A stretch of DNA of 28,607 nt, taken from positions 1-28,607 of the IMG/VR virus record IMGVR_UViG_3300009151_000287; one strand, written 5' to 3'. Position numbers and translations under genes: made by a program. Shown one piece after another: positions 8,765 to 15,283 of this stretch. The stretch comes from a virus (lineage: Duplodnaviria > Caudoviricetes). The first letter of the stretch is position 1. Each line of letters opens with the position of its first letter. Below the pieces are notes generated by a model. The model was not told the origin of the DNA and made no database searches. It worked only from the letters and a program-made list of their open reading frames with translations.

Positions 8765-9003
8765 ATGAGGAAGAAAAAGCAATTGGAGAGCGCGAGTATA
8801 TGTACCGTTGTCTCGTTCGGGAGGTCATCAAGATGCGACTTAAAAATCGCGATAGCGCATACCGTTGGCTCAGGGGTTACGTTGACGACACTAGGCGCTG
8901 GAAAAAGGGGTGGAACGAACTTCATCCTGAATCAAAACTTGAGGACGATGTTAGAGACCAATGGAACAAAGGCAATAGAGGCAACGCAGGAGAATGGAAA
9001 TGA
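8761..9003 (+). CDS. hypothetical phage protein
   Basis: 80-aa ORF coupled to helicase and RusA by 4-nt overlaps. Confidence 0.65.
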   Translation: MNEEEKAIGEREYMYRCLVREVIKMRLKNRDSAYRWLRGYVDDTRRWKKGWNELHPESKLEDDVRDQWNKGNRGNAGEWK

Positions 9004-9347
9004 TTGAAATAACTTTGCCGTGGCCCCCAACGGTCAACACTTACTGGCGCAACTTCAATGGTCGCACCATCATCAGTGCAAAGGGACGCGAGTACCGCAA
9101 AGCTGTCGCAGACCAAGTGTTGATACAGCGTGCCGCCAAGCACATCGACTACGCGGTCAAGGTGGAAATCAAGGCATACCGCCCAGACCGCCGTCGTCGC
9201 GACCTAGACAACTTATTGAAGGCTTTGCTGGACTCCATAACCCACGCTGGCGTGATGGAGGACGATGCCCTGATTGAAGACTTGCGCGTGTACTGGGCCG
9301 ACGAAATTGGTGGCATGGTCAAAATAACAATAGAAGGAATTGAATGA
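9000..9347 (+). CDS. rusA: RusA-family Holliday junction resolvase
   Basis: LPWPPTVNTYWR, PDRRRRDLDNLLKALLDS..HAGV..DD motifs; ATG 9000 is 7 nt after AGGAG. Confidence 0.92.
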   Translation: MIEITLPWPPTVNTYWRNFNGRTIISAKGREYRKAVADQVLIQRAAKHIDYAVKVEIKAYRPDRRRRDLDNLLKALLDSITHAGVMEDDALIEDLRVYWADEIGGMVKITIEGIE

Positions 9348-9511
9348 AAACTGAACCAGAATTGATTGACATCTACGCGATGTTTGCTTTGATGGCGTTG
9401 ATGCAAAAAACCACCAAAACGAAATCGAAGATTGATACCGCCTACGAGGCTTTTGAGCAGGCGCAGGCAATGATTGAGGTGAGAGCAGACTTTATTGAAA
9501 GGAAAGAGTGA
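9344..9511 (+). CDS. small hypothetical protein (55 aa, not in ORF track)
   Basis: MKTEPELIDIYAMFALMALMQK...IERKE; ATGA overlap with rusA. Confidence 0.7.
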   Translation: MKTEPELIDIYAMFALMALMQKTTKTKSKIDTAYEAFEQAQAMIEVRADFIERKE

Positions 9512-9630
9512 TGGACACGTTAATTGGAATTGGTACTTTGTTTTTTCTGGCGTCTGGTGTGTTGGCTTGGGCTATCGCGCTCTTGTTGGTTTGGTACTAC
9601 TGGCTTTGTTCACCGAAGGAGGGCTTGTAA
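9511..9630 (+). CDS. small membrane peptide (39 aa, not in ORF track)
   Basis: MDTLIGIGTLFFLASGVLAWAIALLLVWYYWLCSPKEGL; TGATG coupling. Confidence 0.6.
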   Translation: MDTLIGIGTLFFLASGVLAWAIALLLVWYYWLCSPKEGL

Positions 9631-9770
9631 TGTTTGAATCATTTGGAGACTTTTTTTGGACATTCATGGCAATGTCTGGGTTCATGTTTTGGATTTTCTT
9701 TGCTGGCTTTGTGGCTTTAGTCATTAGGCGCAATCGACAGAAGAGGGGAATCTACTATGAACAAAGATAG
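9630..9770 (+). CDS. small membrane peptide (46 aa)
   Basis: MFESFGDFFWTFMAMSGFMFWIFFAGFVALVIRRNRQK...; AAGGAGG SD, TAATG coupling. Confidence 0.65.
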   Translation: MFESFGDFFWTFMAMSGFMFWIFFAGFVALVIRRNRQKRGIYYEQR

Positions 9771-10089
9771 AGACCCGCACGATGCGGTTGACTACATCAT
9801 CGTCAACGCAAAGAAGTTTGCTAAGGCCAAGGCCGAGCGCGTGTACCTTGAGGAATACCGCAAGAGTCTCAAGGCCATCTTGATGAAGCGAAGCATGGAG
9901 TCTGCAATCGGTGCGCAGGAGCGAGACGCTTACGCTCACGAAGAGTATGTGCTGCTGCTTAAAGGGCTGAAAGAGGCTGTAGAGATTGAGGAAAAGTTAC
10001 GATGGGATTTGATTGGCGCTCAGGCCCGCGTGGAAATCTGGCGCACCGAGCAGGCGAACAACAGAGCCGAAGGCAGGGCCACGCTATGA
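9757..10089 (+). CDS. helical hypothetical phage protein
   Basis: 110-aa coiled-coil ORF with GAGGGG SD in a nin-like region. Confidence 0.7.
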   Translation: MNKDRDPHDAVDYIIVNAKKFAKAKAERVYLEEYRKSLKAILMKRSMESAIGAQERDAYAHEEYVLLLKGLKEAVEIEEKLRWDLIGAQARVEIWRTEQANNRAEGRATL

Positions 10090-10445
10090 ACGTGTTTCAG
10101 TGGGGCGTAATCCACGGCCTTGGTTGGCTCATGTTGTTGGCTGATGGTTGGATAGCCCACACCAACTACATTGCGCTTATCGGGTTTATTGTTTTAATTT
10201 ATTCAATGTGGAGGATGACAATGAAGACACCAGAAGACGAAGCGTTTGAGGATATTGAGAGGGCGCAGGGCTGGCGTAAGCGCCAGATTGAAATGAAGCA
10301 GGCTGAGAAGGCGTTTGATGCGGAGTACGACATCTATAAACGCAACGAGGTGCTTGAAGAGGTGGCGGTTGAGTTTGAGAAGATGCAAAACGGTGGGGAC
10401 ACCGTCGCCTCGTTTGCGATATACGTCAGGGCCATGAAGCGATGA
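10086..10445 (+). CDS. hypothetical protein with hydrophobic N-terminus
   Basis: ATG 10086 overlaps the previous stop; two hydrophobic segments then a charged domain (a second start near 10215-10221 is possible). Confidence 0.6.
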   Translation: MNVFQWGVIHGLGWLMLLADGWIAHTNYIALIGFIVLIYSMWRMTMKTPEDEAFEDIERAQGWRKRQIEMKQAEKAFDAEYDIYKRNEVLEEVAVEFEKMQNGGDTVASFAIYVRAMKR

Positions 10446-10588
10446 CTGACAAACCAAAGACCTGTCAGGTGTGCCGCCTGCGACCAGCGGACTTAAAGGG
10501 CAAGAACTCCAGCGGCTTCCCTCAGTGGAAATGCCAGAACTGCCACGACCTCAAGAACCGTGGCGGCTTTACTAAGGGGAAGCAGTGA
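10442..10588 (+). CDS. small zinc-finger protein (48 aa, not in ORF track)
   Basis: CQVC...CQNC; overlaps both neighbours by 4 nt. Confidence 0.65.
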   Translation: MTDKPKTCQVCRLRPADLKGKNSSGFPQWKCQNCHDLKNRGGFTKGKQ

Positions 10589-10884
10589 CCACGCTGGCTG
10601 AGAAAAAACACATGAGCAGGGTGGCTGAACTGGGTTGCGCCGTCTGCCGAAGGCTTGGGTTCGAGGGAACCCCTGCCGAATTGCACCATCCAAGGGCTGG
10701 AACGGGGGCAGGAAGGCGCTCCAGCCACATGGACGTCATCCCACTATGCCCAGCCCACCACAGAGGCTCCCTGAGCGGTATACACGGGGTCGGCACTAAG
10801 GCGTGGCCTAAGCTGATGGGGTTTACTGAGCAGGACTTGCTCGACGACACTCGACGCCTGCTGGGCATTGAGGATTGCGAGTAG
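10585..10884 (+). CDS. Ref-like HNH nuclease (recombination enhancement family)
   Basis: GCAVC...AELHH.R.G.G...IPLCPAHHRG...GIH pattern. Confidence 0.8.
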   Translation: MTTLAEKKHMSRVAELGCAVCRRLGFEGTPAELHHPRAGTGAGRRSSHMDVIPLCPAHHRGSLSGIHGVGTKAWPKLMGFTEQDLLDDTRRLLGIEDCE

Positions 10885-10898
10885 TTGCTTTTTTGCAA

Positions 10899-11022
10899 CT
10901 AAGGGTTTTCCTTAGAAAATATTTTGCAAATAGTTGTTGACATCGTTTAATTTGGGCTTAAACTACAAGCACTGACCAAGCAATCGTTGCAAGGCAGGTA
11001 ACAAACCGAAAGCGAGTCCACC
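10899..11022 (+). promoter_or_regulatory. promoter/leader cassette copy 1
   Basis: CTAAGG-GTTTT-CCTTAG inverted repeat, AT-rich tract, TTGACA(10937)-16-TAAACT(10959), GTTTAATTTG box, CACTG..CAGGTAAC, GAAAGCGA. Confidence 0.8.
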
Positions 11023-11316
11023 ATGAAATCAAACGACCTCCCCCTGACCGCAGTAGACACACTGGGCCACCTCTTGGCTCAAATTGCTGAGTTGACCAAG
11101 CAAGCCGACGCCATCAAGGACGGCATCAAAGACAGCGCCTCTGCTGGTGGCGCAAAGGTTGTCGAGGGTAACCTCTTCAAAGCCACCTACATTGAGTCCA
11201 ACCGTTCGGTTGTTGACAACAAAGCCCTGCTGGCCGAGTTGGGCGCGACTGCCGAGCAGATTGCCCGCCACACCAAGACCACCGCTGTGTTCAGCGTCAA
11301 GGTCACCAGCCGTTAA
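11023..11316 (+). CDS. hypothetical early protein
   Basis: 97-aa ORF directly after cassette 1. Confidence 0.75.
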   Translation: MKSNDLPLTAVDTLGHLLAQIAELTKQADAIKDGIKDSASAGGAKVVEGNLFKATYIESNRSVVDNKALLAELGATAEQIARHTKTTAVFSVKVTSR

Positions 11317-11329
11317 TCAGGAGGCCATT

Positions 11330-11557
11330 ATGAAAACCACCACTTTTACCGCAATCATTGCAAATAACGCATGGATTCTGCGTTTGGTTAATGGCCCCCA
11401 CATGGGTCTTGAAGAGGTCAAACAGCATTGGCCTGAAGCCAAGTGGATATTGCCCTTTCGCCGCAATGAGTGCGGTGACATTTGCGTTCAGTATGCAATT
11501 GAGGGCGAGCAGGCCATGAAGTATGGTTTCAAGCAACATCAGAAATTTCATTTTTAG
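11330..11557 (+). CDS. hypothetical early protein (75 aa)
   Basis: AGGAGG SD before ATG 11330. Confidence 0.7.
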   Translation: MKTTTFTAIIANNAWILRLVNGPHMGLEEVKQHWPEAKWILPFRRNECGDICVQYAIEGEQAMKYGFKQHQKFHF

Positions 11558-11570
11558 GCATAAACCAACA

Positions 11571-11584
11571 GGGGCTTCGGCCCC
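11571..11584 (+). other. GC-rich intergenic hairpin with UUCG tetraloop, no U tract
   Basis: GGGGC-TTCG-GCCCC. Confidence 0.7.
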
Positions 11585-11597
11585 ATAGGAAAACACC

Positions 11598-11792
11598 ATG
11601 AAAAAAGACATCCAAGTAACAATCTGCACCGATGACGATGTGCGCGTGAGCGTTGACGAGTGGGATAACGGCAGTGTCTGGCTGCACTTGCAGGGCCGTG
11701 GCGCTAGTATGAATTGCACGTTAACACGCCCAGAGGCCGAGCAAATGCTCGGTGCTTTACAGGCTATCTTGGCAAAAGAGGTGACAGCATGA
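11598..11792 (+). CDS. hypothetical early protein
   Basis: 64-aa ORF, AGGA SD. Confidence 0.7.
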   Translation: MKKDIQVTICTDDDVRVSVDEWDNGSVWLHLQGRGASMNCTLTRPEAEQMLGALQAILAKEVTA

Positions 11793-11977
11793 AACACACA
11801 GAAGCGCAGTACATCACTTTGGGGTACAAGTATGAGAAGGCCAAGTCACCAGAGGCTGGGCAAGCCGCTGCTCAGGCCATCAGGAGCCTGATGGAAGACG
11901 AGGCAATCGACGACCGAGCCGACGCCCGTTACCTCATTGAGCGTGGTCGCCAAGAGGCTCGTGGGGTGACAGCATGA
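11789..11977 (+). CDS. hypothetical early protein (62 aa)
   Basis: GAGGT SD, ATGA overlap; MKHTEAQY... Confidence 0.7.
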   Translation: MKHTEAQYITLGYKYEKAKSPEAGQAAAQAIRSLMEDEAIDDRADARYLIERGRQEARGVTA

Positions 11978-12153
11978 GCGCCCCAGAGACGGTGATGTCT
12001 GAGTACATCAAGGGCTTCGACGCTGGCTACAGCTACGTTCTGAACGAGATTGAGCAATATACCAAAGCGTACAGGGGGGACAAGTTACCCCTAGCGGAAT
12101 TGCTCTATCACCTCAAACTGGAGAACAAGCCAAGCATTAGGGAAAACACCTAG
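11974..12153 (+). CDS. hypothetical early protein (59 aa, not in ORF track)
   Basis: MSAPETVMSEYIKGFDAGY...RENT; ATGA overlap. Confidence 0.65.
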   Translation: MSAPETVMSEYIKGFDAGYSYVLNEIEQYTKAYRGDKLPLAELLYHLKLENKPSIRENT

Positions 12154-12241
12154 AAAATAATTTAATAAAAGTGTTGCATCGTTTAATTTGGCGTTATACT
12201 AACCTCACTGCAATCCGCAGGTAACAGCGAAGGAAAGCGAA
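12138..12241 (+). promoter_or_regulatory. promoter/leader cassette copy 2
   Basis: TAGGGAAAACACCTAGAAAATAATT...GTTGCATCGTTTAATTTG..TATACT(12195)...CACTGC..GCAGGTAAC..GGAAAGCGAA-ATG. Confidence 0.8.
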
Positions 12242-12712
12242 ATGGAATATCAGTACAACGATGGAGGCCGAGAGGCCGCAGGCTACAAAGGCACAGCAGG
12301 TGACTGCGTGGCTCGTTCAATTGCAATCGCCTCTGGCCTGCCATACGCAGAAGTCTATGCGGCCCTTGCCAAAGGCGAGGGGAGTCAAAAGGCAGGCAAG
12401 CGTGGTAAGCGCTCTGCATCCGCCCGTAGTGGCATCAGCGTGACGCGCAAGTGGTTCAAGGACTACATGGCCTCGATTAATTTTGCATGGACTCCCACGA
12501 TGGGCATCGGCACAGGTTGTAAGGTTCATTTGCACGACGGCGAATTGCCAATGGGTAACTTGGTGGTGTCGGTTAGCAAGCATTACACCGCTGTGATTGA
12601 TGGCGTGATAAACGACACATGGAACCCTCAGAGAGAGACCTACGAGGTAAACGCAGACGGCACAAGACACGTCTCCCGCAGGTGCGTCTATGGGTACTGG
12701 ATAAAACAATAA
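12242..12712 (+). CDS. hypothetical protein with possible papain/C39-like Cys-His-Asp catalytic set
   Basis: GDCVARSIAIA...KHYTAVIDG..NDTW spacing; fold assignment is inference. Confidence 0.55.
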   Translation: MEYQYNDGGREAAGYKGTAGDCVARSIAIASGLPYAEVYAALAKGEGSQKAGKRGKRSASARSGISVTRKWFKDYMASINFAWTPTMGIGTGCKVHLHDGELPMGNLVVSVSKHYTAVIDGVINDTWNPQRETYEVNADGTRHVSRRCVYGYWIKQ

Positions 12713-12719
12713 AGCAAAG

Positions 12720-12735
12720 GGGGGCGAAAGCCCCC
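12720..12735 (+). other. GC-rich intergenic hairpin with GAAA tetraloop, no plus-strand U tract
   Basis: GGGGGC-GAAA-GCCCCC. Confidence 0.7.
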
Positions 12736-12778
12736 TGACAATCGAATCAAAAGCGAATCGAAATCGAAAGGAAATAAC

Positions 12779-12931
12779 ATGAGTCAAGTTTACAAACTAG
12801 AAGAGCATTTGATGATGCTGTTGGTCGAAGACAAGTTGTGTTTTGAGGAGGGTGACTGGGAGCGCCTTGACAGAATCCGTTTGGCTATTGACGATACCCG
12901 CGACCAGATTGCCAAAGCGAAGGGGAACTGA
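12779..12931 (+). CDS. hypothetical protein (50 aa, not in ORF track)
   Basis: MSQVYKLEEHLMMLLVEDK...AKGN; AAAGGA SD. Confidence 0.65.
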   Translation: MSQVYKLEEHLMMLLVEDKLCFEEGDWERLDRIRLAIDDTRDQIAKAKGN

Positions 12932-12932
12932 G

Positions 12933-13172
12933 ATGTCGTTCATTGCAGAGATTGAAACCCGCGTAGCAGGCATCCCTTGCATCATTGGCGTGGAAGAGTA
13001 CCAAGAGGGCAGTGGCGACAAGTGGTGCGACTCGGACATGGATTACTACGGGTACAGCGAGTGGGTGGTATGTGACCGCCGTGGTCGCCCAGCCCCTTGG
13101 CTGGAGCGCAAGCTGACTGGCAAGGACGAGAGCCGCATTGAGTCCGAGATTTCCCAGTATTTTGGGGGTTAG
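12933..13172 (+). CDS. hypothetical phage protein (79 aa)
   Basis: MSFIAEIETRVAGIPC...DRRGRPAPWLERKLT; AGGGG SD. Confidence 0.7.
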   Translation: MSFIAEIETRVAGIPCIIGVEEYQEGSGDKWCDSDMDYYGYSEWVVCDRRGRPAPWLERKLTGKDESRIESEISQYFGG

Positions 13173-13278
13173 GGTAAACACCTAGAAAATAATTGGCAAT
13201 AACTGATTATTGCTAGTTTAATTTGATGTTAAACTATCATCACTGCAACATCGCAGGTAACACAGAAGGAAAAGCGAA
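13170..13278 (+). promoter_or_regulatory. promoter/leader cassette copy 3
   Basis: TAGGGTAAACACCTAGAAAATAATT...GTTTAATTTG, extended -10 TGtTAAACT(13227-13235), CACTGC..GCAGGTAAC..GGAAAAGCGAA-ATG. Confidence 0.8.
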
Positions 13279-13683
13279 ATGAACATCGGAACACAAACCA
13301 ACAGCCTCGTGAACCACCTCTACAGCCGCATGACCGTAGACGCGCCAGCCCCAGAGGTTGGCATGGCTGCTACAACCCTGTCGTGGACTGACCGCCACGC
13401 CGCCACTGTGACAGCCGTAGCTGAATTAAAGAGCAAGGTGTGGGCTTACGAAATTCGCGTAGTCGATGACGAGGTGCTAGTCATCAAGGGCAGTACCCAC
13501 GACGGCTCTGCGACCTACGCCTTTGCCCCCGGCATCTACAACCACGCGGACACTTACCGCATGGAGCGCAAGACAGGCAAGTGGGTGCGTGGTTACATCA
13601 ACCAAGACACTGGTCGCTTTGCCAAATCTACTGGTGGCCTTATTCTTGGCAAGCGTGACCACTACGTTGACCCCAGTTTCTAA
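13279..13683 (+). CDS. hypothetical early protein
   Basis: 134-aa ORF after cassette 3, ends RDHYVDPSF. Confidence 0.75.
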   Translation: MNIGTQTNSLVNHLYSRMTVDAPAPEVGMAATTLSWTDRHAATVTAVAELKSKVWAYEIRVVDDEVLVIKGSTHDGSATYAFAPGIYNHADTYRMERKTGKWVRGYINQDTGRFAKSTGGLILGKRDHYVDPSF

Positions 13684-13716
13684 ACCGACCCTTAACCGAA
13701 AAGAAAGCGACTCGCT

Positions 13717-13980
13717 ATGACACACTTTGACACTATGGACACCATCGTCAACAAGTTCTTTGACAACCTGCCGAAGTCCTACATTGCTTACTGCGATTAC
13801 ATCGCGCACACCATCGTAGGCAACCTCAAGGCCAACGACACCCAGAAGCTGTTGTCCAGCGTGGGCCGTCCTGAGTACGACTTGAATGCTGAAGGCTCGT
13901 TTGTCAGCACCAAGAAGACCATCATGGTCGAAGACCGTAACGGCAAGAAGTACCGCGTGACTGTGGAGGAGGTGAAATGA
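13717..13980 (+). CDS. hypothetical protein
   Basis: 87-aa ORF in the operon. Confidence 0.7.
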   Translation: MTHFDTMDTIVNKFFDNLPKSYIAYCDYIAHTIVGNLKANDTQKLLSSVGRPEYDLNAEGSFVSTKKTIMVEDRNGKKYRVTVEEVK

Positions 13981-14204
13981 CCAATATGGGCGACCTGATG
14001 AACGAAATGGAGGCCGAACTGCGTAAGCAGTTTCAGGCCATTACCCCAGAGCAACGCGCAGAGGAAGAGCGCCGCCGTCAGATTCAACGGGACTGGGAGG
14101 CGGCACACACCGCATTCGAGACCGACGAAGACAGGGCCAACAAGGACGAATACCCTGATGAGGATGACGAAGAAGGCCATTATGGTCGAGGAGGCTTGAG
14201 ATGA
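13977..14204 (+). CDS. acidic hypothetical protein
   Basis: 75 aa, GGAGG SD, ATGA overlap. Confidence 0.65.
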   Translation: MTNMGDLMNEMEAELRKQFQAITPEQRAEEERRRQIQRDWEAAHTAFETDEDRANKDEYPDEDDEEGHYGRGGLR

Positions 14205-14443
14205 GAACAGAACACGAGCAGGCTATGGAGTCTTTTGCGAAGGCGTCCACATGGATGGAGAAGACGGGCGGGTACGCCCACAGCATGACCCTGCGTGACT
14301 ACTACGCGGGGCTGGCTATGCAAGCACAATTATCCATTCAGGAAATTAGTTTGGCTATAGGTCAAAAAAGATTAACAACACAAGAAGTTTGTGGTAGTTG
14401 TTATGAATGGGCAGACTTAATGCTCAAGGAGCGTGCCAAATGA
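14201..14443 (+). CDS. hypothetical phage protein with MTLRDYYAG.AMQA motif
   Basis: Recurrent small phage protein pattern LRDY(F/Y)A..AM...Y..AD.ML..R. Confidence 0.75.
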   Translation: MRTEHEQAMESFAKASTWMEKTGGYAHSMTLRDYYAGLAMQAQLSIQEISLAIGQKRLTTQEVCGSCYEWADLMLKERAK

Positions 14444-14622
14444 TTTTGCAAATGAAAGGTGGTTGGACAAACAAAGATGCACTCAACATGGAAGACAACG
14501 TAGAGCAGGAGCGGTTCCTAATCACAGACACTTATGTGCGTGTGAAGTACAGGAGCGCAGACGATATAAGCGGGTGGTGGAAGCACCCATTGGACAATCA
14601 AGTTAAGGAGCGCTCCAAATGA
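14440..14622 (+). CDS. hypothetical protein (60 aa)
   Basis: AAGGAG SD, ATGA overlap. Confidence 0.6.
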   Translation: MILQMKGGWTNKDALNMEDNVEQERFLITDTYVRVKYRSADDISGWWKHPLDNQVKERSK

Positions 14623-14771
14623 AAGAGCAGGACAAATCCTACATGGAGGGTCATAGGTATGACCTCGACCCTACCGAGGAAGTTTTTGGAGAGTTTAGAA
14701 CCCTGCTTGCCGTCCTGCTAATTATTGTTGGGCTAGTTATGCTGGCCTTTGCGATATGGGGCAGGCCATGA
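14619..14771 (+). CDS. small membrane protein (50 aa, not in ORF track)
   Basis: C-terminal TM segment LLAVLLIIVGLVMLAFAIWG; AAGGAG SD. Confidence 0.65.
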   Translation: MKEQDKSYMEGHRYDLDPTEEVFGEFRTLLAVLLIIVGLVMLAFAIWGRP

Positions 14772-14923
14772 ACCGCGAAGAAGCATTAAACATCATCAAG
14801 CTGTTGTCCGCGCTTGAGTCGTGGGCATTTAGCACAAAAAATATGTTGCCAGATTACCTGCACGACGACTTGTGTGTGGCTATAAAGAGGCTGGAAGCAA
14901 TTGTTCTGGAGAAGAACATATGA
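14768..14923 (+). CDS. hypothetical protein (51 aa, not in ORF track)
   Basis: MNREEALNIIKLLSALESWAFS...; ATGA overlaps at both ends. Confidence 0.65.
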   Translation: MNREEALNIIKLLSALESWAFSTKNMLPDYLHDDLCVAIKRLEAIVLEKNI

Positions 14924-15087
14924 GAGAAGAAACACTGCTTGAGAAGGTTGTAATTGGTATAATGTTCGCAGCGTTCATCGTGTTTTGGGTGTGGGTTCCT
15001 GACTTCACGCTCGACGAGAATGACTGTGCCAAGCAGGATGCCAGCGCGTATGTTGGCGCACTGTGTAACAAGTCGCAAGCGAAGTAG
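14920..15087 (+). CDS. small membrane protein (55 aa)
   Basis: TM segment VVIGIMFAAFIVFWVWV plus two Cys; GGAG SD. Confidence 0.6.
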   Translation: MREETLLEKVVIGIMFAAFIVFWVWVPDFTLDENDCAKQDASAYVGALCNKSQAK

Positions 15088-15218
15088 AAGCGAAATAAAA
15101 CCGAGTCGGTTATTGGCCTGAGTGCTGATGCCGACAACACCTTCTGACCGTGAGTCGCTGGTGTCGGTGAGACAAGGGGGCTTCCCTTGATTGGTATACC
15201 TATGCCCAAAGCGTAGGC

Positions 15219-15247
15219 TGGCAAAGTGAAAGCGAATCGAATACACT
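15219..15247 (+). promoter_or_regulatory. candidate promoter for the packaging/head operon
   Basis: TGGCAA-17 nt-TACACT upstream of terS. Confidence 0.45.
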
Positions 15248-15283
15248 GGAGTCATTCGTTCACATTCATGGGGAATACGGGTT

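Noticed and set aside
10899-13278. CRISPR array from the three repeated blocks
   Set aside because: Copies are degenerate, over 1 kb apart, separated by genes and contain promoter elements
15088-15283. tRNA in the intergenic region
   Set aside because: No GTTCRA T-loop, acceptor stem or CCA end
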